This document shows, piece after piece, positions 20,529 to 29,285 of a stretch of 64,000 nucleotides of DNA. A program made the position numbers and the translations under genes. The notes below the pieces were generated by a model. It was given only the letters and a program-made list of their open reading frames with translations. It was not told the origin of the DNA and searched no databases. The DNA is from a virus. Lineage: Duplodnaviria; Heunggongvirae; Uroviricota; Caudoviricetes. The stretch lies in the IMG/VR virus record IMGVR_UViG_3300008108_000013. One strand, 5' to 3'. The first letter of the stretch is position 1; the number at the start of each line of letters is the position of its first letter.

Positions 20529-22786
20529 AACCAAGCGACAATCTACAAGCAATCTTCGAAAAGGCGATCGAAACCGCAAAGAAGCTACACCACGAATATC
20601 TAACAATAGAACACTTATTGTTTGCTATGCTTCTCGAAGATTCATTTGGTAAAACATTACAAGGATACGGTGTTAATGTAGACGAGTTTAAGAAAAGTGT
20701 TGCTGGTTATTTGCAAGAAAAGTGTAATGAGATCACTGTGCAAGATGTTGTAGTTAAACCTCGTAAGACACAATCAGTTGAGCGCATTCTCAATCGTGCG
20801 TTTACGCAGGTTCTTTTCAACGGACGTCAGCGTATTGAACCTACAGATGTTTTCCTTGCTATGATGGGTGAGAAGCGTAGTTGGGCATATTACTACATAC
20901 AAAAAGCAGAAATTGATAAAGACAAATTTGCAGACTATATTAATAACGCCGTTGAAGAACAAGAAGAACAAGACGACCAAGGCTCTAATAGTAGCAGAGC
21001 ACTATCTGCATTTACAACTAATCTTAACGAACAGGTTAAGAAGAATAAAATTGATCCCGTTATTGGTCGTGTAGACGAACTTGAAAATATTGCACTAGCA
21101 ATGGGACGTCGCAGTAAAAATAACGTAATTCTTGTTGGAGACCCTGGAGTAGGTAAAACTGCTATTGCAGAAGGTCTTGCATTTAACATCGTTAAAGGTG
21201 CTGTACCCGACTTCCTTAAAGATTATACTGTTTATAATTTAGATATCAGTGCCATGCTAGCTGGCAGTAAGTATCGAGGCGATTTTGAAGAACGATTTAA
21301 GATGGTCTTAAAAGCACTGTCTAAGAAAGGTAAGACTGTATTGTTCATCGACGAAGCACACATGATCAGTGGTGCAGGGTCAGCAAACAACAATGCTAAC
21401 GATCTTGCCAACATGATGAAGCCGGCATTAAGTAAAGGTAACATTAAAGTAGTTGCATCAACTACATGGGAAGAATATCGTAAGCACTTTGAAAAGGATC
21501 GTGCCTTAATGCGTAGATTCCAACGCATTACAGTTGACGAACCTACACCAGAAGTTACACTACAGATTCTCAAAGGTATTAAGAAATACTATGAACAATT
21601 TCATAGTGTCAAAATTAAAGACGATGCACTACAAGCCGCAATTAAACTTTCAGTAAAATTTCAAGCCGATAAGAAACTTCCAGACAAGGCTATCGACTTA
21701 ATTGATCTTGCTTGTTCTAGATTCAATTTAAAATTAGCAGATGAAAAAGTAGTTACAGAAAGAGAAATTCAGTACGAACTTGCTAAAGTAGTACAAATGC
21801 CTGAGGAAGTTATCAGCGAAACTGAAAGCCATAATCTTGCCAGCTTACAAGATAAACTAGAACTTGAAGTATTTGGGCAAGACCTTGCTATCCAAGAAGT
21901 TGTTGATAAGATTATTGTTGCTCAGGCCGGTCTTAAACCTGATAACAAGCCAATTGGTAGTTTTGTATTCATGGGTCCAACTGGTTGTGGTAAGACAGAA
22001 ACTGCTAAAGCACTTGCTAAGAACTTAGGTGTTAAGTTACTACGATTTGATATGTCAGAATATCAAGAGAAACATAGCATCAGTAAGTTGATCGGTAGTC
22101 CTCCGGGATATGTGGGATTTGAAGAAAATGCTGGACAACTTATTACAAGCATCCAAGAAAATCCTAATGCTGTTCTGTTATTTGATGAAGTTGAAAAGTC
22201 ACACCCAGATGTATCTACTGTCCTTCTACAAATGATGGATAACGGTTTCATCACTGGTAGTAACGGCAAGAAAGCCGATTGCCGACAGCTTATCCTTATT
22301 CTTACTACTAATGCTGGAGCACAAGAAGCTGAAAAAAATCAAATTGGTTTTGGTAGCCAACAAAAAGACTATAGCGACAAAGAACTTAACAAATTTTTTA
22401 CACCAGAATTTCGCAACCGTTTAGATGGAATCGTTACATTTAATAAACTTAGTAAAGAAACTATGGTCAAGGTCGTTGAAAAGTTTATGGAAGAACTTCG
22501 AGATCAGGTTAAAGAAAAAGGCATTAAAATTAAAGTATCTAAAGAAGCAATCGATTGGCTCATCGAAAAAGGATTTGATCATAAGATGGGAGCAAGACCA
22601 CTAGCTCGTGTCATTGATAAAGAGATTAAGCGAGACCTTGCTAAGATGATGCTGTTTGGAGATCTTAAATCTGGAGGATGGTTAACTATTACAGTTGACG
22701 ATGATAAATTGGTGTTAGTATCTAGACCAAAAATGCAGAAAGTTCCTCTGTTAACTGCGGACAATGCTGAGCAAAATGTTGTATAA
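20522..22786 (+). CDS. clpA: ClpA-like double AAA+ unfoldase
   Basis: Clp N-domain, GDPGVGKT and GPTGCGKT Walker A motifs, IDEAH/FDEVEK Walker B, IGF loop. Confidence 0.93.
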   Translation: MVEPSDNLQAIFEKAIETAKKLHHEYLTIEHLLFAMLLEDSFGKTLQGYGVNVDEFKKSVAGYLQEKCNEITVQDVVVKPRKTQSVERILNRAFTQVLFNGRQRIEPTDVFLAMMGEKRSWAYYYIQKAEIDKDKFADYINNAVEEQEEQDDQGSNSSRALSAFTTNLNEQVKKNKIDPVIGRVDELENIALAMGRRSKNNVILVGDPGVGKTAIAEGLAFNIVKGAVPDFLKDYTVYNLDISAMLAGSKYRGDFEERFKMVLKALSKKGKTVLFIDEAHMISGAGSANNNANDLANMMKPALSKGNIKVVASTTWEEYRKHFEKDRALMRRFQRITVDEPTPEVTLQILKGIKKYYEQFHSVKIKDDALQAAIKLSVKFQADKKLPDKAIDLIDLACSRFNLKLADEKVVTEREIQYELAKVVQMPEEVISETESHNLASLQDKLELEVFGQDLAIQEVVDKIIVAQAGLKPDNKPIGSFVFMGPTGCGKTETAKALAKNLGVKLLRFDMSEYQEKHSISKLIGSPPGYVGFEENAGQLITSIQENPNAVLLFDEVEKSHPDVSTVLLQMMDNGFITGSNGKKADCRQLILILTTNAGAQEAEKNQIGFGSQQKDYSDKELNKFFTPEFRNRLDGIVTFNKLSKETMVKVVEKFMEELRDQVKEKGIKIKVSKEAIDWLIEKGFDHKMGARPLARVIDKEIKRDLAKMMLFGDLKSGGWLTITVDDDKLVLVSRPKMQKVPLLTADNAEQNVV

Positions 22787-23420
22787 AACAACCACGAGAT
22801 TATTTAAAAGCAAATATCAGTACAAGTTAGTAATAACTTGTGCTGGTGCTAGCTGGTTTCGTGGTGGGGATATGGACACAGCATTAGACCACCTTAAGAA
22901 GATTAATTTAAATTCTTCTAATGCGGCTACAATGACATGGGGCGGTAGAAGACCATCAGGTATTAAAACCCAAGAAGATTTAGACTACGCATTTAAGCTA
23001 CAAAAGCAACTTAAAAAACTCAAAGACATTGATGTAAGGGTAGAAACTCCTTGGATTAGTGTTTACTCTAATTCCGAATCTGATATTAATAGCATTATTA
23101 AAATTGACGAAGAACGAATTAAGTATGTCTGCGTTCCCCCTGATAAAACACAGCTTGATAGTAATACTATCATTATGCCCAAGATTAATTATGAATTTCG
23201 CGTTACTATGGGCAAAACTACTCAGGAACATTCGGCATTTGTTAGTTGGGCTGAAAAAAATCCCAAGGTTAAACTTACTAAAAGTTGTGCAAAAGAACTG
23301 AGCAGAGATCGTAGTTGGGGTGGTACTTTCTTTTATATCACGGGTGAAAACAACCTGCTGATGGCTAAAATGCACCTCGGAAGCTCTATAAACAAAATAG
23401 AGCGCATAATCAAACCTTAA
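22764..23420 (+). CDS. Hypothetical protein
   Basis: 218-aa ORF overlapping the end of clpA. Confidence 0.65.
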   Translation: MLSKMLYKTTTRLFKSKYQYKLVITCAGASWFRGGDMDTALDHLKKINLNSSNAATMTWGGRRPSGIKTQEDLDYAFKLQKQLKKLKDIDVRVETPWISVYSNSESDINSIIKIDEERIKYVCVPPDKTQLDSNTIIMPKINYEFRVTMGKTTQEHSAFVSWAEKNPKVKLTKSCAKELSRDRSWGGTFFYITGENNLLMAKMHLGSSINKIERIIKP

Positions 23421-23492
23421 TCTAAAGACCCCGTTTGCGATAAATACTACATTCGCGTAGTATTCATGCGACTTTTAAAAACGGAATAAAAA

Positions 23493-23867
23493 ATGCGTAT
23501 TAGAGAGCTTTTAGAAGGCAAAAAGTTTAACGATCTTAACTTTATTACTAAAACCGAAGACGGACGAACAGATATCGCCTATGATTTAGTTGAAGATTTA
23601 GTTTTTTATCTAAACAATAATGACGACCTTTATCGTAGGCACTTATACCCAGTTATTAGCAACTGCGTAGAGTCTATGAACTCTAATAAAGAACCATCCC
23701 CTAATGTGTTTAAAAAAGTTGTTGAACAAGCATATAAAAATTATATAAAAGAATTTCCTATTAGACAGCTTCCTCATACAATAGAAGAACAAACTTGTAA
23801 CGAAGTTTGCCAAAAAATGCATGAAGAATTTTGTAAAAATTTCCAAGAAGGCAAATATAAGGACTAA
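23493..23867 (+). CDS. Hypothetical protein, possible head cargo
   Basis: MRIRELLE N-terminus. TAAATA at 23441-23446. Confidence 0.65.
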   Translation: MRIRELLEGKKFNDLNFITKTEDGRTDIAYDLVEDLVFYLNNNDDLYRRHLYPVISNCVESMNSNKEPSPNVFKKVVEQAYKNYIKEFPIRQLPHTIEEQTCNEVCQKMHEEFCKNFQEGKYKD

Positions 23868-23869
23868 CT

Positions 23870-25087
23870 GTGTTACTTAGAGAACTATTTTATTTTGAGG
23901 ATAAATCTGGACCTGCTGACGACAGTATGGAAAAATACGGTCGGGCATTTAATCATCCAGAACATCTAGTATTCTTTAAAGGATCTCAAGGTACGCTGGA
24001 AGCATTACAGCATTTTAAAGAAATCGCACAGGAAAAAGCAGGTGGTACTACAGTACGCGGCAAATGGGATGGTAACCCGCAAGTCTATTGGGGTAGAGAA
24101 ACTAAGGGCGGTCCCTTAATCCTTGCAGGACACAATCAGTGGAGCAGAGGTGTAAAATCAGATACTCCAGAAGGTGTATATGATTTTATTGCTAATCAAA
24201 GCGGAAAACCTAAAACACCCGAAGACCAAAAAGCAAGGCAGTCGTTTGCTAAGAATTTTGCCAATCTATATCCATTATTTGATTCGGCTACACCTAAAGA
24301 CTTTGTAGGCTTTGTATATGCTGATAGTTTATTTGGAGTTGATCCTAGCCTAGACAAACGTTTAGAAAAGACTAAAGAATATCCTAACGGAATATGGACT
24401 TTCTGTCCTAATCCTAAATCAAAGACCTGTTACCACGTTGATGCCACAAGTGAACTAGGACAGCGTATTAGCAAGGCAAGAGTAATGGTCGTAGGACATG
24501 GATCGTTTGATCAGTTCGGTGCTCCTGACAGAGCGCAGAAACCAATGGATGACTTTTCAATGTTTAATCAAACAGCCGGACTAATTGTTCAAGGTCCGAT
24601 CTATACTAGTGAAGGTAGCGGTATGGATACGAAAGAAATCGATATCGCAATACAACGTGCTACTAAATTAGGTCCAAAAGTAGATGCTTTCTTAGCTAGC
24701 CTACCTGATCCTGATAAGAACGGAATATTTTATCCGTTCTTTAATCAGATGAGTAACTTACATGCGGCTGGCAAACAAAACTTCCGTAGTATTACTGGCG
24801 AAACTTTTATGAACTGGATGCAACAAAAAGGCGTAAGCCAAAAGAAACAACAGCATATCATCGATATGATTAAACAACAGCCCGGCGGACTTGATGCTAT
24901 ATTTGATTTGATCAAAGATATTCGCGACATGAAAGATAAAGTAGTAGCTACTTATAAATCGCAGAGTCGGCCTGAGATATGGGACACCGAAGGCGAAGGC
25001 TACGTTCGCTATGCACAGCCAGGGCATAAATATGGTAATATAAAATTAGTACCAACATCGTGGGCTCCGGGAGCAACTAGAGTATGA
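23870..25087 (+). CDS. Ligase-like nucleotidyltransferase (DUF6267-like, from recall)
   Basis: KWDG (KxDG motif I), EGEGYV (motif IV) and IKLV (motif V). Confidence 0.6.
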   Translation: MLLRELFYFEDKSGPADDSMEKYGRAFNHPEHLVFFKGSQGTLEALQHFKEIAQEKAGGTTVRGKWDGNPQVYWGRETKGGPLILAGHNQWSRGVKSDTPEGVYDFIANQSGKPKTPEDQKARQSFAKNFANLYPLFDSATPKDFVGFVYADSLFGVDPSLDKRLEKTKEYPNGIWTFCPNPKSKTCYHVDATSELGQRISKARVMVVGHGSFDQFGAPDRAQKPMDDFSMFNQTAGLIVQGPIYTSEGSGMDTKEIDIAIQRATKLGPKVDAFLASLPDPDKNGIFYPFFNQMSNLHAAGKQNFRSITGETFMNWMQQKGVSQKKQQHIIDMIKQQPGGLDAIFDLIKDIRDMKDKVVATYKSQSRPEIWDTEGEGYVRYAQPGHKYGNIKLVPTSWAPGATRV

Positions 25088-26223
25088 AATTAAGAGAACT
25101 ATACGAAAATATATATGAAGCAGGTGAATCAGTCGAAGATGTTGCAATCATTTTTGGCCGTTTTAATCCTCCTCATCAAGGGCATAAAGCCGCTTGGGAA
25201 TTAGCTTCTGGATTTAGTGCTTGGTACGTTGGTACAAATCAAAGTACAGAAGGTCCTAAAGACCCTTTACCATTTAAAGTTAAAATTGCAGCCATGCAGG
25301 CAATTTGGCCAGATGTCAAAGAACATCTCGTTGCCGAACAAAGTTGGTGGACATTAGCCGCACATGTGTATAAAAAACACGGACCTGTTACCCTACACGT
25401 TGTAACTGATCCGGCTGATGCAAAAGTATTTGTTGCAGGATTACAAAAATCTAACGGTGTAGAAGGCCCACACGGTTTTTACCGATTTAAAGATATTGTA
25501 TGGGAAGAAGCACCTCGCATTAGTAGTGCTACAGAATTACGTGCGGCTGTTGCTAATAACGATCCGCAGGCATTTGAACAGGCAGCTGGTGTGCCTGCTA
25601 ACACACCGATTGGCGGGAAGTCGTTCTTTGAAGTTGTTAAACATTATCTAACACCCTACTTACATCAAGCCGCAGAAAAAGAAAGACTTAAGGCTGAAAA
25701 AGAAGCTGCCAAGGCCAAAAAGAAACAACCAGAGGTTGCAGAAGAATTTGGTGTAGGTAGGATTACTGCACAAAATACTACAGCTGATGTTGATGCATCA
25801 ACTCCAGGTAAGAACTTACGTGCTTTTAAACTTGCAGAACAAATTAAGGTAATTGAACAAGAACTACAAGAAGCAAAAGAAGGAAAAATTACTAAAAGGC
25901 AACAGCAGTCTACTAGAGGTGTCTATAAATTTGCCGATGCTGAGAGATGGAATGCTGATTATGTACAGTACCGTGCTATGATGGCGGCAGCTATGACCGA
26001 CGGAGAAAACGATCCTGATATCGATCCTAAGAGCTGGGTTGGAAAATTTAAAGTAGCATTTCCGTATTCAGAACAAGATGCTAAAATATTAAAAAAAGCC
26101 TTTAAGGCTGCTGGTGCTAGTCATCAAGATGTAAATCACGGTGACATGCGTAGCCAAGAATTAGAGTCAACAAATACAGTTAGCCCTGTGGCTAAACCTA
26201 AAAAGAACAAGTACGGAGTATAA
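25084..26223 (+). CDS. HxGH-family nucleotidyltransferase with C-terminal extensions
   Basis: IIFGRFNPPHQGH, PL.F..K and ISSATELR motifs. Confidence 0.8.
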   Translation: MKLRELYENIYEAGESVEDVAIIFGRFNPPHQGHKAAWELASGFSAWYVGTNQSTEGPKDPLPFKVKIAAMQAIWPDVKEHLVAEQSWWTLAAHVYKKHGPVTLHVVTDPADAKVFVAGLQKSNGVEGPHGFYRFKDIVWEEAPRISSATELRAAVANNDPQAFEQAAGVPANTPIGGKSFFEVVKHYLTPYLHQAAEKERLKAEKEAAKAKKKQPEVAEEFGVGRITAQNTTADVDASTPGKNLRAFKLAEQIKVIEQELQEAKEGKITKRQQQSTRGVYKFADAERWNADYVQYRAMMAAAMTDGENDPDIDPKSWVGKFKVAFPYSEQDAKILKKAFKAAGASHQDVNHGDMRSQELESTNTVSPVAKPKKNKYGV

Positions 26224-26224
26224 T

Positions 26225-26659
26225 GTGGAAAGATTTCATTTATCACTAAAGACGGCATTTGCTAGCGAATTTGCCTTTGCTTTAAAAGCACAGAATTTTC
26301 ATTGGAACGTAGAAGGACCAAACTTCTTTCAATATCATGAGTTGTTTGGAAAAATCTATGAAGAAGTCTATGATAGTATCGACGATTTTGCAGAAAATAT
26401 ACGCAAGGCTGGAACTTATACGCCTGCTAGTTTGCAAAGATTTTCGATGCTAACGCAAGTTGATGATGAAACACAAATGCTACCAGCAGAACAGATGCTT
26501 GCAGAATTGCACGAAGATAGCGAAAAAATGGTCAAGCTACTTAAATTAGTTTTTGATATGAGCGAAGATTTAGGTGAACACGGTCTAAGTGATTTTATCG
26601 CAGGACGTATGGATGCACATCGCAAACACAGTTGGATGTTAAGAGCATCTATGAAATAA
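26225..26659 (+). CDS. dps: Dps/ferritin-like protein
   Basis: HWNVEG.NFFQYHELF..IYE, DDFAENIR and HRKHSWML motifs. Confidence 0.9.
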   Translation: MERFHLSLKTAFASEFAFALKAQNFHWNVEGPNFFQYHELFGKIYEEVYDSIDDFAENIRKAGTYTPASLQRFSMLTQVDDETQMLPAEQMLAELHEDSEKMVKLLKLVFDMSEDLGEHGLSDFIAGRMDAHRKHSWMLRASMK

Positions 26660-26660
26660 T

Positions 26661-26879
26661 ATGAATGAACTTGATCAAATAAAACAGTTAGCTGGGATAG
26701 GCAATAAGTTTCGAGGACTTAGTGAATATTCTATTAATCAAGGAAGTAATATCAGCATTACCGGAAACGAAAAAGGCGAACTAATGAAAAAACATAATAT
26801 TAAACCAGGAACACCGGAATGGTTCCAGTTATGGTTTAGTAAGCCTTACTTAACGGGCGAGAAACCTGTAGGAAAATAA
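26661..26879 (+). CDS. Hypothetical protein
   Basis: 72-aa ORF tightly packed in the operon. Confidence 0.65.
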   Translation: MNELDQIKQLAGIGNKFRGLSEYSINQGSNISITGNEKGELMKKHNIKPGTPEWFQLWFSKPYLTGEKPVGK

Positions 26880-26880
26880 A

Positions 26881-27663
26881 ATGAAAGCATACGAAATATT
26901 ATCCGAAGCTAAAAAACAAGAAGCACCCAAACCTAGAAACTTTGTTGCTAAAAATCAGCAGACTAGCGGGTCTGGAGCACACAAGGATAAAAAGAAAGCT
27001 GAAAAGCAAGGCGACTTCAAACATAAGAAACAAGAAGTTCCAATGGATGAAGGTCTTCGTGATCCTAAAGACAATCCCTGTTGGAAGGGCTACAAGCCTG
27101 TAGGTACTAAGAAAAAAGGTGGACGTACTGTTCCTAATTGTGTTCCCAAAGAAAGTGTAGAAGAAATGTACGGAAGAAAAAGCAGTTACTATAATCCAAT
27201 GGACTACGAGCGTGATCAGCAACGTCAAATGGATCGGGAAAAGCGTGACTTCAAACGCCGCGAAATGGAGCACGAACTAGGCGACGAAGAAGAATATTAT
27301 CAGCAACAAGTACAAAAACAACGCGACTTAGATCGCGGGCCTTGGTACTTAAAGATTAACGGAAAAATTTTAAAGAGCAAAGGTGAGCCAAAAGTATTTG
27401 ACTGGAAAAAAGGTGCTAATAATTACGGCCTTGCTATCCTAAAAAATAAACCAGAACTGCAAGGTAAGATCATGCTTACTAAAAAAGCAGAAGATGATCT
27501 AGCAGAAACCGCAACAGCAGGTTCTACTAGTGCAGGTAATGTAGCAGTTGGAGCAGTTTATAAAAATAAACCGCCTAAACAGCCTAAAAACAAAGACGGT
27601 ACAGCTAAAAACGCCCTAGATATGAAGGCTAATCTTCTAACAGGCGGAAGCATCAAACGATAA
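26881..27663 (+). CDS. Modular charged protein, possible internal head protein
   Basis: MKAYEILSE N-terminus. CWKGYKPVGTKKKGGRTVPNCVP module. Confidence 0.65.
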   Translation: MKAYEILSEAKKQEAPKPRNFVAKNQQTSGSGAHKDKKKAEKQGDFKHKKQEVPMDEGLRDPKDNPCWKGYKPVGTKKKGGRTVPNCVPKESVEEMYGRKSSYYNPMDYERDQQRQMDREKRDFKRREMEHELGDEEEYYQQQVQKQRDLDRGPWYLKINGKILKSKGEPKVFDWKKGANNYGLAILKNKPELQGKIMLTKKAEDDLAETATAGSTSAGNVAVGAVYKNKPPKQPKNKDGTAKNALDMKANLLTGGSIKR

Positions 27664-27692
27664 ATATAACATAAGATTACGGAGTTCTTACC

Positions 27693-28955
27693 ATGCACGA
27701 CGACATGCAACCAGATTTTAATCCAGACGCTCACAACGCAGGAGCCGAAGCAAATAACGACCGCGAAGGAGCGATGGCTAAAGCTGACTTATACAAGTTA
27801 GCAAACTATTCGCTTAAACTATTCAAGCGTATGGATGATTCAACTCAACTAGAAAGTTGGGTTCAGGCTAAAATTACCAAAGCCGCGGATTATATCGCAT
27901 CTGTTTATCACTACTTAGAATATGAAATGAAGTTCAGTGAGTACGGTGAACATCTTGCCAACGCTGAAGTTATGAGCGAAGATCGCAAGCGTGAGATCCT
28001 AACTAAACTTACAGAAGCAAAAGCCAAAGTAGCTGAACTCAAAAAAGCTCAGGCTGAGAAGATCAAGAAAGACAAAAAAGAAAAGAAAGTCGACGAAGCT
28101 AAATCCTGCAACCATACAGCAGAAGGTACAGAGTGTCCAGTGCATGGTATGAAAGAATGTGGTAGCATGGAAGAAGCATTTGACGAAAAATCAAAAGTTG
28201 GTGACACATATAAAACACAGCACGGAACTGCTACAAAAACTTCAACTGGCCTAGTTCACAAGCGTGATGCTAAACCAGAAGACGATGAGGATTATGTTCC
28301 ACCTAAGAAAGAAAAGAAAACTGCAATGACTGGTGCAGAACGTCGTGAACAAAAAGCCAAAGACAAAGAACAAGAGAAAGCATCTAAGGCCTATGAAAAG
28401 AAACACCCAGGTTCAGTTAAGCGTTATGTCGACGGTAAGCAAGTTAACGAATCTGATAAAGGTGATATGGACCACGATGGCAAGGACGAACCAGACTCGA
28501 AAGAGTACATGGACAATAAAGACAAAGCTATCAAGAAGGCTATGGGCAAAGAAAAGAAAGTTGATGAAGCAGCCAAGCCAGACTTTTTAGACATGGACAA
28601 AGACGGCAACAAAAAGGAGCCGATGAAAAAGGCAGTTGCTGACAAGAAGAAAAATCCGTTTGCAAAAAAAGATAAAAAAGTAAAAGAAGATGCTAGTACA
28701 CAATGGAAATCAAAAGCTAAATCTCTTAAAGAGAGTTTAGAAGAACTAGCACCTAGCAAAGAAGAAGTTGCAGAAGAACTAGAAGATCTAAATTTAGAGA
28801 ATTTAAATCCAGAAGATTTTCAAATTGAAGAATCACAAGAATGCGATGCATGCCACAAGGATCCTTGTGAATGCGAAGAAGAAAAAACTGATTCTTTAAA
28901 CGAGTCAACCGAACTTGACCGTATGAAACAGTTCTTAACACGATTAAACGGGTAA
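27693..28955 (+). CDS. Highly charged core/scaffold-like protein
   Basis: K/E/D-rich, repeated VDEA/LxE motifs, two DxDxDG motifs. TAAATA at 27661-27666. Confidence 0.6.
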   Translation: MHDDMQPDFNPDAHNAGAEANNDREGAMAKADLYKLANYSLKLFKRMDDSTQLESWVQAKITKAADYIASVYHYLEYEMKFSEYGEHLANAEVMSEDRKREILTKLTEAKAKVAELKKAQAEKIKKDKKEKKVDEAKSCNHTAEGTECPVHGMKECGSMEEAFDEKSKVGDTYKTQHGTATKTSTGLVHKRDAKPEDDEDYVPPKKEKKTAMTGAERREQKAKDKEQEKASKAYEKKHPGSVKRYVDGKQVNESDKGDMDHDGKDEPDSKEYMDNKDKAIKKAMGKEKKVDEAAKPDFLDMDKDGNKKEPMKKAVADKKKNPFAKKDKKVKEDASTQWKSKAKSLKESLEELAPSKEEVAEELEDLNLENLNPEDFQIEESQECDACHKDPCECEEEKTDSLNESTELDRMKQFLTRLNG

Positions 28956-28960
28956 TCAGT

Positions 28961-29284
28961 ATGGACATGAAGAAAATTCTGCAGGCATTAGACGGTGCTT
29001 CAAATAAGCCTGTAGAAGGATCTGATGACATGAAAAAATTTGTACAAATCGTAAAGGAAGGTGCTAGTCCACATAAAGTTAGCCTTCCTGTACAAATGGC
29101 AATGCAACACTATCAAAACGAAAAAGTTGTTGATACTCCAAAAACTGACTCTGTGATTAAAAAATATTTTGTTGAAGCAGAAGAGCTTTTTTCACAAAAA
29201 GAGCAAGAACGGAAAGAACAACTAAAAATGTATGCACGTAAGGTTGCAGACAAAGTAATGGAAAATCGTAATAAAGAGATCTAA
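28961..29284 (+). CDS. Hypothetical protein
   Basis: 107-aa ORF in the operon. Confidence 0.65.
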   Translation: MDMKKILQALDGASNKPVEGSDDMKKFVQIVKEGASPHKVSLPVQMAMQHYQNEKVVDTPKTDSVIKKYFVEAEELFSQKEQERKEQLKMYARKVADKVMENRNKEI

Positions 29285-29285
29285 T

